Source: Eledone cirrhosa (lineage: Eukaryota). From it: a DNA stretch of 64,000 bases. The notes beneath the pieces are model-generated. The model ran no database searches. It was not told where the DNA came from and was given only the letters and a program-made list of their open reading frames with translations. Both the position numbers and the translations under genes were made by a program. Shown here in pieces: positions 44,026 to 57,280 of the stretch (the first letter of the stretch is position 1; each line of letters starts with the position of its first letter). The stretch lies in contig OZ024742.1 of assembly GCA_964016885.1 (NCBI GenBank), positions 251,534,001 through 251,598,000 of the forward strand. The letters run 5' to 3'.

Positions 44026-44049
44026 TTATTTATTAAAATAACAGATTAA

Positions 44050-44100
44050 AGTTTAAGCAAAGAATCGGTGCTTTCACCCTTAAAGGGATCTTCTGAAACT
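44050..44100 (-). ncRNA. Hammerhead-like fold with CAGAAGA core variant
   Basis: agttt-CAGAAGA-tccc tttaa gggt-GAAAGCA...TGCT-T-aaact. Confidence 0.5.
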
Positions 44101-44169
44101 ATTTATCCTTATCGAGCCCTCTTTGGATTTTAGTCTTCAAATTTATTATTATTACTATATATATATATA

Positions 44170-44797
44170 TCATCATCATCGTTTAACGTCCATGTTCCAC
44201 GCTTGCATGGGTTTGGACGGGAGTTTTCCCACTTGAGGCAAGAGTGGTTGCCTTGCTCGCATAGGACTGTCTGGCGGGTTTTCTACAGCTGGATGCCCTT
44301 CCTAACACCAACCACATTTACAGTGTGGGGCTGGGAGGTTTTTACCGTGTTGCCTACACGGCCACATTACAGCGTGGACTGTGTTTTTTTGTCGTGACAT
44401 CTACACGATCTCATTTGTTTCGGCCTGGATGTTGTGGCACCAACATAACTTTACATTGAAAGGGGCGGTGTGGATGGGGTGGGGTGGTGGGACGGGGGAG
44501 TATTTTGTTAGAGATGCCTACTGACTGTAGTAGGTTTTACTTTGTATTTAGGTAAGGCGGGTCTTCTCTATTACTGAGTACCGCCAAAGGTCTCGGTCCA
44601 GTGACATTTTCTTGGAGAGGTGTAAGTGTGTGAGGTCGGAATTTATCAGCTCGTCCCAGGTTTTTCTGGGTCTGCCTACTCCGTGGCTACCGTCTATCTT
44701 TATTGCCCTGCACTTTGTTATACAGCTGTCGTCTTTCATGCGCATCACGTGACCATACCAACGTAGCCTTCTCTCGAGTAAACAACATCTGATCCCT
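44170..44797 (-). mobile_element. RTE family B 3' fragment
   Basis: RLRWYGHVMRMKDDSC..GRPRKTW; 3' UTR; (GAT)n. Confidence 0.88.
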
Positions 44798-45422
44798 TAG
44801 CCACACACACACTTCCGGGTAATATTTCGATGTCGATCCTCGCAACGTAACATCCTCCTGTATTGAGCTAAAGAACATCAGACTACGATTCTCTAACTGG
44901 ATTGTCAAACGCCCAATATCGAATCGTCGTGGATTATGTGAGGGGCATATAATCTGAAAAGTACGCTCCCCAGACTATGAAAATGTCGCAGTGCATGAAA
45001 TCCATATCATCGCTTCGCTACGCATTTCCAATATTTTTAATGCTTACATTATTTTTAATACTTATATTATTTCTCCACACACAGGCTATAACAATCATAT
45101 AAAGAATTCATTACCAGATCAACCCTCTTAACACTCTTGATTACCTGCTTAAGTGCGTCTATTACACGTAACTCTCTGCCACATTATATAAACAAGACGC
45201 ACGGGCTTGCCACACATATAACCATTGCACTCTATAACCGCTTAATTTCATGTTGTATTTTAACCTGTATTTTTTATTGTATCTTTTAATGTGAATGTAA
45301 TCTCTAAATGTGTACTGCCACACTAAATGCTGTAATGAATGTTGACCCACAATATTTGCATATGTATCTGTATGTCTCTTGAGTGAAAAGGAGGTCATAT
45401 AAGTGTTCATTCAATAATAAAT

Positions 45423-45469
45423 TGCTCCGAAGAATCCAAACCTCGGTTTGGAGGAAACAGTTGTAAGCA
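45423..45469 (+). ncRNA. Type I hammerhead ribozyme (CCGAAGA variant) in a PLE-type terminal segment (about 45100-45680)
   Basis: tgct-CCGAAGA-a tccaaac ctcg gtttgga g-GAAACA-gt-TGTA-agca. Confidence 0.75.
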
Positions 45470-45986
45470 TAAAAATGTTTTGAACAGTTCTTTGATTCTT
45501 ATAATTCATATAACTGCTCTGTAAATCATCTGATGTTATTACATTGAGCTATTTAACTTACTGGTAATAAGATAGTAGTATATTACTGCCTACCACTATT
45601 TAGGGTTTATAAAAATATATATAACTACAAAAGGTTTTTGTATTTGCATAACCATAAATAGTATAATCAATACTATATATCATACACCTACGGTAGTAGG
45701 TGTATAATATTCTTAAGGTCCCATTTCGGTCACTCGCGACACCTTCAAAGCTTTGTCACTAATTCAATTTTTGATAGAATTGGATGCGGTTTTTTGCACT
45801 TTATAGAACCACAGATAAGCTACTTTTTGACATAAAAATATTGAAATTTGGTTCAGTAGAAAAAAAGTTACATAAAAATAAGTGAGGACCAAAAGAGTGT
45901 AAGGAACTACATACATAAATAACGCTTAGTTTGTTTCTAATTTCTAATACATTAAAATAGTGATAGATTGTGCAATAGTGAATTGT

Positions 45987-46059
45987 GGTCAGGTAGCTCA
46001 ATCGGTAGAGTAGCGGACTGGCAATCCGAAGGTCGTGGGTTCGATTCCCACACTGATTA
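45987..46059 (+). tRNA. tRNA-like gene or pseudogene with anticodon GGC (Ala)
   Basis: ggtcagg-ta-gctc aatcggta gagt-a-gcgga CTGGCAA tccga-aggtc-gtggg TTCGATT cccac-actgatt-a, followed by TTTT; acceptor stem has G-U pairs and one mismatch. Confidence 0.65.
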
Positions 46060-46174
46060 CTTTTCCTATCTGCACTTCTTCCTATTCATTATTATTTAAC
46101 TTATTTGTTGATAAATATTTTTATTAATATTAATAAAATAATATCCTTGCATTGCCTGGAAAAAAAGTGGATTA

Positions 46175-47340
46175 CAGGGAAAAATGCGGGCGCATGTAAA
46201 GAAATATTCTTAAATTCATAAACCTAGAAAAGTAAAGGACAAGTTATTACACCTGGAAAAGTAAAGGACAAGAAAACTTCTTAAAACTTCTTAAAATATT
46301 GCAGCTAAAGTCTAAATTTGAAAAAAAATATTTAGATTATAAAACTAAAAATAAATAATTATAAGTTAATTGTTAAAAAAATATCACTTGACTGGAAAAA
46401 TGACTGTCTTATAGGGAGAGTTGACTACTGTATACTTAATTTTTTTCTTGGTGTATACAAATTAATCTTTTTAAAATAAAATTTGTACAATAATTAATTA
46501 ATAATAATAATAATTAATATGTACAATTTATTAATTTATGTTATAAGATATTTAAAAATGTTCACTCTTAATCAAATTATATTTTTAAAAATTTAGTTAT
46601 AAAATAATGCAGTAAAATAAATCAAAAACAGTGCATCATATAATTGCACTTTTTATGAGTATTACAGATTTTTTTTATAATATAGTAAAATTCAACATCT
46701 CAAGCGGCAAAATTAGGTAAAAGTCAATTCATCAATTATTCATTTATTGTGAATCAATCAATTATAGTGAATTCATCAATTCATTAGATGAACTGTTGAA
46801 TTAGACAATGTTTAATTTTTAATTGTAGTCTAATTTTACTCTACCTAAAAATGTAGATTGGTTATTTTGATCTCTGACAGGTCTTAAATTTCATTATTAA
46901 ACAATTATAATTTGTTATTATTTATCATTACAGTTGGCTCCCTAATTAATTATTAATTAATTGTTAGTGTCATTTACACGCCAAAATTTTGTTTTATTTG
47001 ATGTTTATAATTGTCACTCATTTTTTCAGTCCCATTTAGTAAAGTAAAATAAAGTATATTTATTTAATGACCCAACCATTAGGATCACAAAATTAAATAA
47101 ATGATCATTAGTATTATTATCAATTAGAGAGTCAACTGTATTATTAGAATTTATCACTTTCTATGTATATTTAAATCAAATATTTTTTATTATTCAAATT
47201 TATACTATAGCTGCAATATTTTAAGAAGTTTTAAGAAGTTTTCTTGTCCTTTACTTTTCCAGGTGTAATAACTTGTCCTTTACTTTTCTAGGTTTATTAA
47301 TTTAAGAATATTTCTTTACATGCGCCCGCACTTTTCCCTG
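46175..47340. mobile_element. Non-autonomous Tc1/mariner-type DNA transposon (MITE) with ~135-bp TIRs and TA target duplication
   Basis: TA|CAGGGAAAAATGCGGGCGCATG ... CATGCGCCCGCACTTTTCCCTG|TA; repeated gaaaagtaaaggacaag motifs inside the TIRs. Confidence 0.9.
46931..47138. mobile_element. Nested pogo/Tigger-like MITE
   Basis: TA|CAGTTGGCTCCCTAATT ... AATTAGAGAGTCAACTG|TA. Confidence 0.65.
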
Positions 47341-47357
47341 TAATATATATATATATA

Positions 47358-47517
47358 CAGTGAAATTTTGTTATAACGAAATTCACGGTGTATAAAAAAA
47401 TTTGTTGTAATGAAAAATGTTTTAGAACGAGATCGACCTAACACATCAACCGTGTAGCTGGGGATTGAAAAAAATTTCCTTAAACTTGAAAAATTTGTTA
47501 TAATAGAATTTTACCTG
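47358..47517. mobile_element. Degraded Tigger-like MITE
   Basis: TA|CAGTGAAATTTTGTTATAACGAA ... TTGTTATAATAGAATTTTACCTG. Confidence 0.55.
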
Positions 47518-47788
47518 TGTGTGTGTTAAACCTTACTTATACCTTATTTATTCTCTGTAAATATCCTGAGGATAAACTGATTATAGGTAATATGTATGGT
47601 GTAGTTAATTGTTAACTAATAATTTCCTGTTGTTGTATAATGCATATAGCATTATAACTGTATTGAAACGAACATAGAAATGAAGGAATAAATATAAATT
47701 TATAACCTTGATTGGATTATGTAAATAGGCCATTGAAATACATATAGTGTTTATGCATTTATGCAACATTAAAACTTGAAAGAATATT

Positions 47789-49060
47789 TCATCATCATCA
47801 TCGTTTAATGTCTATCTTCCATCTTAGCATGAGTTGGATGGGTTTGTCCCATTTGAGGCAAGATTGGTCAGGTGACCATGTCTTGCTCATACAAAACTGT
47901 TTCTGGCAGGTTTTCTATGGTTGGATGTCACTTCCTAACGCCAACCACATCTGCAGTGTAGACAGGGAGCCTTTTTACCATGTCTCCCACATGACCACTT
48001 TACAGTATGGACTGGGTGCTTTTTGTCGTGTCACCTACTTTACAGAGGGCAGAAGTGGGAGAATGGAGTAGGGCATGTGGGATGGGGTGTATATTGGGTT
48101 AAGAAGTGCCTACTGACTGTAGTTTTATATGCAAGGAAAGGCGGGTCTTCTGGACAACTGCATAGCACCAAAGATCTCGATCCAGTGACATTGTCTTAGA
48201 GAGGTATAAGTGAGCAAGGTCAGTTTTTATCACCACGTCCCAGGTTTTTCTTGGTCTACCCACTCTATAGCTTCCATCAACTTTCATTGCTCTGCACTTT
48301 TTCATACAGCTGTTGTCCTTCATAAGCATCACATAGCCATACCAATGCAATCTCCTCTCCTGCACACAATATTTGATACCTCTTATGCTTAGTCTCTCTC
48401 AATTCATTTATGCTTTTCCGTTTGCGTACACATCCATCGGAGCATGCAAGCTTCGTTTCTTTCTAATCTATGCACACAACGCCTAGGTCTCACTACCATA
48501 TAATATTGTCATTCGTATACAAGCATCATACAATCTACCTTTCATTTTTAGAGAAAAACCCTTTGGGCCAACAGCTTTATTAGCTCTCTGAACTTTTTCC
48601 ATCCTGTTCTAACTCTGGCTACTGTACTTTCAAACACCCTCCTCCACTGCTGATTTTGTCACCCAGGTAACAGAAAGTGTCTACTATTTGTATAGAACCA
48701 TCTGGGCAGTTGAAGGAGTTAGTATTCGGTGGGCACTCGCTACTTACTGCACCTGAGCATCAGCCACATATAAAATCTACATTCTTAGATAGCTTACCTG
48801 TAATACCACTACATCTTTTATGTACCCATAGTTTGCATTTAGGGCATAAAATGGAATTTCTACCTACTCCTTTCTTACACACTGAGCATGGCCATTTCCC
48901 AGAAGGCACATGTGCTCTATTTTCCTTTCTACATACTAGAACTTTAGTCTTAGGCAAGTTAACTTTAAGGCCTTTAGATTCTAGACCATGCTTCCATGTT
49001 TGGAATTTCTTCTCTAGTTCAGCCATAGATTCAGCTATGAGAGTTAGATCATCTGCATAC
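47789..49060 (-). mobile_element. RTE family B 3' portion (RT end, PHD-like finger, 3' UTR)
   Basis: YADDLTL, VNLPKTKV, GKWPCSVCKKGVGRNSILCPKCKLWVHKRCSG..FICG, LHWYGYV, GRPRKTW. Confidence 0.9.
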
Positions 49061-49957
49061 AATATTAGAAAAACTTAGGAGGCATGTCATTTCGTTAAAA
49101 AGGTTTGATGTTGTTGTTTTCACTGATGCTGTTACTGTTGCTGTTGTTATTACTCCTGCTGTTGTTCTTTTCTATCATCGGGGTCACCAATTGAAGCAAT
49201 GTTTTATTTGCTGTTGAAGAAATGACGAACACAACAAATACCAACAATCCTTCTTGAATATCTTTACTTCACTTCAGCAAAAAGGAAAAAAATATTATTA
49301 CAATGAATTGTAAATATAATGTTTGATTAGTGTTCACAAATGAATATAGTGTTCAGTAAAGGCCTCAGTTCTATGCCTGAATCTTTTATTTATCATGGAT
49401 TTTCCCTTAAAAGAAAAGTGACAAATTGTAGTTGACAATACGGGCGTAGATGGTAGTAGTAGTAAGCCATTATATATCCAGGCTGTGTTATCTAGGAGAA
49501 GAGGCAGATAACTGAGTGAGTTAGGACCACAGGACAGCCTATTTATAATGACCACTAGTCATTTTACTATTGTCTTCTCTGTGAGGTTGCAGGTCACTTA
49601 CTTGGTGGCTGTGTCCATAAAGGAAAAGAAAACACAGTGGGAAAACATTTCCTCAAGGTAGGGTTGGGTTTGTTTGGTGGCAACAGAAATTCTGCTGTTC
49701 TCAGAAAATGCCATGTTATTAATCAAAACCTAGTAGTCTGTTGCTACAGAAATTTAGGGGTACTAGACTTTGTGTCAGCAGACCTTGGCCAAAATCTAGC
49801 ATAGCATGATAGTGAAAAATTAAAAGGATATAAGGGCTATAAAAGTATTCAAGAGTATAGAAACTGTATAAAATTATAAAAATTATAAACATTAGTGGTG
49901 AGTGTTATGTTAAATAAATTAAGAAAAATGAATTACGAAAAATAAATTAAGATGAAA

Positions 49958-50937
49958 TCATCATCATCATCATCATCATCATCGTTTAACATCCATCTTC
50001 CACGCTAGCATAGGTCTGGACGGGAATTGTCCCACTTGAGGCAAGATTGGTTGTCTTGCTCAGGACTGTCTGGTGGGTTTTCTACGGCTAGATGCCCTTC
50101 CTAACACCAACCACGTTTACAGTGTGGACTGGGAGGTTTTTACCATGTTACCTACACGGCCACATTACAGCGTGGACTGTGTGTTTTTTTTTTATCGTGA
50201 CACCTACACGACCTCATTTATTTAGGACTGGATGTTGTGGTACCAACATAGCTTTACATCGAAAGGGGTGGTGTAGATGGCGGTGGGGTAGGGATAGTGG
50301 GACGGGGGGGGGGTATTTTGGTTAAGAGGTGGTGGTGGTGGTGGTGGTGGTGAGGTGCCTACTGACTGTAGGTTTCGCTTTGTACTTAGGCAAGGCGGGT
50401 CTTCTGTATTACTACGTAGCGCCAAAGATCTCAGTCCAGTGACATTGTCTTGGAGAGGTGTAAGTGTGTGAGGTCGGAATTTATCAAGTCGTCCCAGGTT
50501 TTTCTGGGTCTGCCTACTCCGTGGCTAACGTCTATTTTGATCGCCCTGCACTTTTTTATACAGCTGTCATCTTTCATGCGCATCACGTGACCATACCAAC
50601 GTAGTCTTCTCTCGAGTAAACAGCATCTGATCCCTCTTATTCCTAATTTCTCACTTAGTTCATTTATGCTTTGCCGTTCGCGTATATTACTATTACACAT
50701 CCAACGGAGCATGCAAGCTTCGTTCCTCTTCAGTCTGCGTAGATCCTCTGCACACAAGGCCCATGTCTCACTGCCATGTAACATCGCTGTTCGTATGCAG
50801 GCATCATACAGCCTGCCTTTTATTTTTAGAGAGAAACCTCTAGCGGCCAATAGTGGTATAAGCTCTCTGAAATTTTTCCATCCCGTTTGGACTCTAGCTA
50901 CAGTACTTTCGGAGCACCCTCCACCACTGCTGATTGT
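49958..50937 (-). mobile_element. RTE family B 3' fragment
   Basis: ORF 50431-50850 [30 protein letters not shown]; (GAT)n tail. Confidence 0.9.
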
Positions 50938-51003
50938 TGATAGTATTAGGTTATGAAAAGGTAGATTTGCTAAAAGTAAATCATTTGTAACGAATAATCC
51001 AGT

Positions 51004-51671
51004 TGTAACGGATAAGTGAATAGATGAAATTGTTGGTATGATGGTTTCAATACAAAGAATAATACCAGGATTGTGTTGTTACAATGTTTATTTTATTATA
51101 ACAATATTCAATTTGAATATTGAATGATAAAATCTATAACATGAAATATTCGTACAATAAGTTGGTGGTTCTTCGAGCCACGTAAATACAAGTATCACAG
51201 AATACGATTATAAGATAATTTGTATTGTATCTGAAAGATACAATGTGACAAACAGAAATGGTGCATATAAAAATGCAAGTAGTGTGAACTTACTATGTGT
51301 GCGTGTGTGCCTATTAGTATACTTTCTTGTTTTAGCAGTAGTAGTAATCAGCCAGGTGGCAAAGGCATGTGAGAAATTAGTGGACAGACGTTTTTTGTGA
51401 AGGAAGATTTGACAGCGTAGGTGAAATGCGTCCGTTCTTGTCTGTGGTATCACTTTTTCTGCCGGGCGTAAACAACCCTTGTATTTATAAGGGTTGAAGT
51501 CAGAAGGATAGATATATCCTCAGACCTCTTTTCTGTCAGGCGTAAACAACCTCTGACCTGTGGTTAGCATCTCCCAAGGGGTTGGTCTGCCGGGCGTAAA
51601 CAACTAACCACGGGTTGTCCCAGAGGCGGGAAAGCTCAGATTTGGTTTCGAATCTTCGCCACCGTTATACA
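51004..51671 (-). mobile_element. Probable solo LTR
   Basis: TGTAACGG...CCGTTATACA termini; TATAAATA and AATAAA in order on the minus strand; three gggcgtaaacaac-like repeats; no clear TSD. Confidence 0.5.
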
Positions 51672-51719
51672 TTAATTGGTTAGATTACCAAGGCAAGGGC
51701 TGATGAGGGATTCTTAAGA

Positions 51720-54330
51720 TGCATGAGTAGCATGCCTGGTACAGACAAGGATCTAGGAGAGCAGTTGTTCTGAATAAAATAAGACTGCACAAGGCAGACA
51801 TGGGCTCCATAAGCCATTGAGAAGGCAGCCCATCAAGGAGATGAGACTCTCAGAATAAAAACTGATACAGGGTGGGGAGGACTTGCATTCAGACTACAAG
51901 ACAATCCATGAAATCCTGTGGTGTCAAGGAACCTGCCACAATGACAGCTTAATAATAAGAAAGTTGGTTAATCAAATAAATCCATTCAAATTCTTGATTA
52001 TTTAAAAATAATATTATAGGCAGTATCTTTCATTAGAAATAGGATAATGAAAGGGATTTAGTTACAACAATTATGTAAAATATATAAACAGCTAAGAAAA
52101 ACTTGAAATTTGAAATATTTCCTTCAAATTCTGAAAGGCTGATCTAAAGAAATTGTGGAGTAACTTGAGAGGAAATAAGTAGATGTGTACTGTGTGCAAG
52201 AAGATGTGGGGAGCTTCAACCAGATTCATCACAAGCAAGCAACATAGGTACAATTTCTTCTAAATGGGTAGCAGTGGTGGTGAGGGTGGAGTAGAAATAC
52301 TATTAGTAGAGAAATGGCTGACTAAGATAACTGAGGTACTCAGAGTGTGTAATAAGATGATCAAACTTAGATTAGCCATAGGCAATGCAATAGCTACTAT
52401 AATCTCTGCATATGCTTCACATGCTGAACTTGCAGATGAACAGAAGGATCACTTCAATGAGGTCTTCTTACATACTACTCAATGATGAATGACAGTGACT
52501 TCATTATCATGGCTGGAGACTTCAATATGCATGTTGGGAAACACCCTGATTGCTTCTCTAGTACACATGGAAGCTATGGGTATGGTATAAAAAAGGAATA
52601 GGGGTCTAGGCTTCTAGAGTTCTGCAATGCTTTTTATCTAAACATCTGCAACACAAATTTCAGAAAAGCAGACAATCAGCTGATCATCTACCAATCAGGA
52701 GATCACAGAAACCAAATAGACAACATCCTCATCAGGAAACAAGACAGATGAATGAACATAAATACCAAATCATTACCTGGTGAAGAATGTACCTCCCTAC
52801 ACAAATTAATCATCAGTTACCCCAGGACTCAAAGACAAAAGCGAATCTTGAAAAGGCTGACATGAAAATAGAGGAAAACCACAGTCAGCAACAATTTCAG
52901 GGAAATCCTACTCAATACCTGCAACAGTAAAGAAGAGGAGATTGAAATCTTTAGCATAGAGAAAAATTAATGATTTCTATGTGACAATCATCTGAAAGCC
53001 AAGGATCAGGTCTGTGACTGGTCTGAGGCCCCAGCAAAACAGAAACTAACATTGTGATAGATTGATAAGGTAGAGCTATAAAAGCAAAGAGACAGGCCTG
53101 GAAAGATTGGAAAAGAAGTGGAAATAAACAGCAATATCTAACAGCTGAGAGTGAGCCCAGGAGGCCTGGTATACTTAGGAAGTGGAAAAGCTGAAAAAAA
53201 AGAAGCTTGTGCACGATCAGGATCAGGGGTGTTAAGTGTTCCAGATTGTGAGATAGTGTGCTAGGGAAAGCTAAAATGTTGGGGAAAAGTTTGTCTGAAA
53301 TGGTAGTGGAGTGCTTGTTCTGATTGACACTGAAAGGAAAGAAGTATGGAAGACTTATTACGAGAGACTGATGAATGAAGAGGATAAATGGGAGAGTGAG
53401 GGCCTACTTTATGTAGACCCAATTGTAGGACCAGCTGTAAAAGTTGACAGTGTGATAGACAAAGCAATTAAGGATATTAAAGTAGGGAAGGCAGCTGGAC
53501 CATTCTGCATAGTTCAAAGTTACTAAAATATCTAGCATGGTAGGTTACAAGCTAGTTAGGTACATAATTAATTAAGTAGTACTGGAAGGTATCATAACCA
53601 ATGACTAGTACAGCAGTATCGCTGCAAACTGTTATGAGAGTAAAGAAGACACACAAGAGAGAAGTTCTACAGAGGTTTCAAATAATGGACCAGGTCATGA
53701 AAGTTACTGAAAGGGTTATAACACAACTAATTACAGACACAGTCAAGCTAGATGAGATGTAGTTCAGCCTTATGCCAGGCAGGGGCATGACCAATTCCCT
53801 CTTTCTGGCAAGACAACCGCAGGAAAAGTTCTTGGCTAAGAGTAAGCCACTGTACCTGGCAATTGTGGAATTGTGGATTTGGAGAAGGCCATTGACAGAG
53901 TCTTCCACTCTGTCATCAGACGGATGCTAAGGAAGCTAGATGTAGACGAATGGCTCATGAGATGATAGACTTTATATGTGGATGATCCACAAGAGAAATA
54001 AACACTAAGAATATGCACATAAAATAGGTTCCCTCAGCTGCCAGGGAGGCTCCCTAGAAGTTGTTGACAGCTTTTTTGTGAGGAAGAAGACTATGATGCC
54101 TGCATACAAACTCTGATGCTTACATGGTAGTGAAACAAGGGCCTTAGTGTGCAAGATAGAAGACTGCACTGGTGTGAACATGCAATGCATGTGGAAGATG
54201 ACACTTATAATAAAGAAGTGCAGAGAAATCTCAATGGCTGGAACTCATGAAAGAGATAGAGCCAGAAAGTCATGGAATGAGGTAAGGAGTATTTACATTC
54301 AGATGCTAAATCTCATAATGGAGATAATTG
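51720..54330 (+). mobile_element. Old RTE-clade LINE, near full length with deletions
   Basis: 5' UTR units, VDVYCVQE, IISAYA, MAGDFN, QIDNIL, GKAAGP, VDLEKAIDRV, LHGSET. Confidence 0.85.
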
Positions 54331-54508
54331 TTTCTACTTTTGGCACAAGGCCAGCAATTACCCAGTGTATTACTGGTACTTTATTTTATCGACCCCGTAA
54401 GGATGAAAGGCAAAGTTAACCTCGGCGGGATTTGAACTCAGAATGGCAAGGGCCATAACTCAATGCGTCAAAGCATGATGTCCGACCCTCTACCGATACT
54501 GCTAATCC
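54328..54508 (-). mobile_element. SINE family 1
   Basis: atcgaccccgtaaggatgaaaggcaaagttaacctcggcgggatttgaactc. Confidence 0.85.
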
Positions 54509-54732
54509 TGGAGATAATAAAGAACAGTGAGCATCAAATATGGCCTGATCTGCTCGTCACACAACTTCCACTACCACCTCTTAATAGCTATCCTCACTAT
54601 TACTGTACACCCCCTCCTCTTTCATGACTCACACGCCCCCACCTGCAGTGGCTATGCTTAATATCACTGCACACTCCCACTCCTATTCTATCTAGGATCA
54701 CTTCTATGCCTCTTAAATCCTAACAACAATCA

Positions 54733-54905
54733 GCATACAGTTACGGCCCTTTATGGTCTGAGTTCAAATCTGGCAGAAATTAGCTTTGCCCTTCATCCTT
54801 ACGGGGGGTCGATAAAATTAAGTACCAGTAACGAATTGGGGTCGATTTAATCGATTTCCCTCTCCCCCAAAATTGCTGGCCTTGTGCCTAAACCAAAACC
54901 CATTA
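54733..54905 (+). mobile_element. SINE family 1
   Basis: gagttcaaatc..cttcatccttacgggggtcgataaaattaagtaccagt..ggccttgtgcc. Confidence 0.85.
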
Positions 54906-55214
54906 TCCAAGATCACCACGAACCTGCTAGGATGACCTGCCTCTAAAACCCTGACACATCAGTCATAAACCACCAGTAGTTATTATCACCCCAGTGCTGC
55001 CCACACTGTTAGAGGTTACCCACTCCTCAGCGGTGATGCCACTCTGAAATGCATTCAGTAGAGCACGGGATCGTATGTATATGAGATGTGGAATCCAAGT
55101 CTGACGGGGAGGTCAGTAGCTCCGCTTTAGTACAGATCAAACTGTGACGAAACGTCCAACCCTTGCTAGAAGGGAATAACTATGATGACGATATATATAT
55201 ATATTATATATATA

Positions 55215-55271
<57 letters not shown>

Positions 55272-55314
55272 ATACGATATATATATATATACGATATATA
55301 TATATATATATATA

Positions 55315-55880
55315 TTGTTATACTTTGGGAGGGTCATGTTGCCAATAAGAAACACACGCACCAGTTGCTTTCACTCCAATTTATTATAAATTAAATTATA
55401 AATTTAAAAATAAATTATAAATTTCCGGTTGGTTGGTTGATTGGTTCCACAACCGGACGGTTGTTCATATATTGTCAAAGTTCTTTCGTCACACATTCTG
55501 TGACCTCTTCAGTGACTGGGTTTCTTTTCTTTGTTTTGTGCCTCTCCTTTGTTCTGTCCATCTTGTTTTTCTTTTTTTTTTAAAACAAGATGGCGTAGTA
55601 CAGAACAAAGGAGAGGCACAAAACAAAGAAAAGAATCCCCAGTCACTGAAGAATGTGTGACGAAAGAACTTTGACAATATATGAACAACTGTCCGGTTGT
55701 GGAACCAACCAACAGGAAATTTATAAATTTTTAAATTTATAATTTAATTCATAATAAATTGGAGTGAAAGCAACTGGCGTGCGTGTTTCTTATTGGCAAC
55801 ATGACTCTCCCAAAGTATAACAATATCGGTTTCAACACACGTTTTCAGATAAAGAATCTTGCTAAACAAATTCAGAAACG
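55315..55880. mobile_element. Fold-back pair of family A mini-elements (arms ~55315-55570 / 55583-55823) with 3' extension
   Basis: Left arm is the reverse complement of the right; intact CTGAAGA hammerhead on the minus strand at ~55474-55515; the right arm has a short deletion in stem II. Confidence 0.88.
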
Positions 55881-55882
55881 AA

Positions 55883-56014
<132 letters not shown>

Positions 56015-56027
56015 GTAAATATGTATG

Positions 56028-56111
<84 letters not shown>

Positions 56112-56154
56112 ACAGAGCTTAATAGTTATGTAATAAACAACATAAGGCAATTAT

Positions 56155-56212
56155 TCCATTTACCAGTGGTTTCTTAAAAGCAAAAAATGCTGCTTTCAAT
56201 CATCAGAATGAA
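56155..56212 (-). ncRNA. Type I hammerhead ribozyme (mirror of 56307-56364)
   Basis: Reverse complement: ttcatt-CTGATGA-ttgaaagca..tgcttttaa-GAAACC-act-GGTA-aatgga. Confidence 0.8.
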
Positions 56213-56306
56213 AAAATCGTGGTGTATTTATTGATATTGGATTCTAAAAACAAAAAAAAAAGAAAAAAAAAAAAGAATCCAATATCAATAAATACACCAG
56301 GATTTT

Positions 56307-56364
56307 TTCATTCTGATGATTGAAAGCAAAATTTTTTGCTTTTAAGAAACCACTGGTAAATGGA
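56307..56364 (+). ncRNA. Type I hammerhead ribozyme
   Basis: Stem I ttcatt/aatgga; CTGATGA at 56313; long stem II; GAAAC at 56346; stem III ACC/GGT; GUA at 56356-56358. Confidence 0.82.
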
Positions 56365-56390
56365 ATAATTGCCTTATGTTGTTTATTACA

Positions 56391-56435
<45 letters not shown>

Positions 56436-56624
56436 GGAAAAAATGAAACGAAATTTCATTTCTCACTCTTATATGTGTATATATATAAAGTATTAAAAAA
56501 ATAATGAATAAAACAATGAAACAGTTCCTTATATTAAACAAAAAAAGTTCATTATTTAACGATCGTTTCTAGGACATATATGTGTTAGAATTGGCATGCA
56601 TATTCAACAGATCTATGTACAAAA

Positions 56625-56737
<113 letters not shown>

Positions 56738-57084
56738 TCTTACATGAATCGTATTTACAGTAAACCATTTTATTGTATTCTTATATAATAGCGTCGGAAA
56801 TCATCTATTTATATTTGTTTTTGTTTAAACGGTTTTTGTATTAGTTATATAATTTAGAAAAAGGGTCCCGTTTAAACCAACAAAAGCAAATCTTTTTCTT
56901 TTTTACATACTTCAGAATAAGATAGAAGAGAAGACTGTCCTAATCAAAACTTGTGAAGCAAAATACGAAATATCGTAAATGCAGGAGCATTCCTAAACTG
57001 CTGGAATTTTCGGCAAAATACGTGAAAACAAATGTTGAAATTACCGCATAATGCATGGAGGTTGAAAAGCTTGATATTTTTACG

Positions 57085-57205
57085 GACTGAGTTCAAATCC
57101 CGCCGAGGTTAACTTTGCCTTTCATCCTTACGGGGTCGATAAAATAAAGTACCAGTAATACACTGGAATAATTGCTGGCCTTGTGCCAAAAGTAGAAACA
57201 ATTAT
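57085..57205 (+). mobile_element. SINE family 1, partial
   Basis: gagttcaaatcccgccgaggttaactttgcctttcatcc..agaaacaattatt. Confidence 0.85.
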
Positions 57206-57280
57206 TTATATCAGCAGTTTAAAATAATTGTTTGAATTGTGTGTGTTTATACGAAAAGAAAAGGGAGGTACTCAATAATG

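Larger units (their letters stand above)
56123..56397. mobile_element. Fold-back mini-element (~125-bp arms, A-rich loop) with two hammerheads
   Basis: tagttatgtaataaacaac..ttggattct versus agaatccaa..gttgtttattacataacta. Confidence 0.92.

Noticed and set aside
49080-49800. Possible host exons in unique-looking sequence
   Set aside because: No recognisable protein similarity or consistent splice pair.
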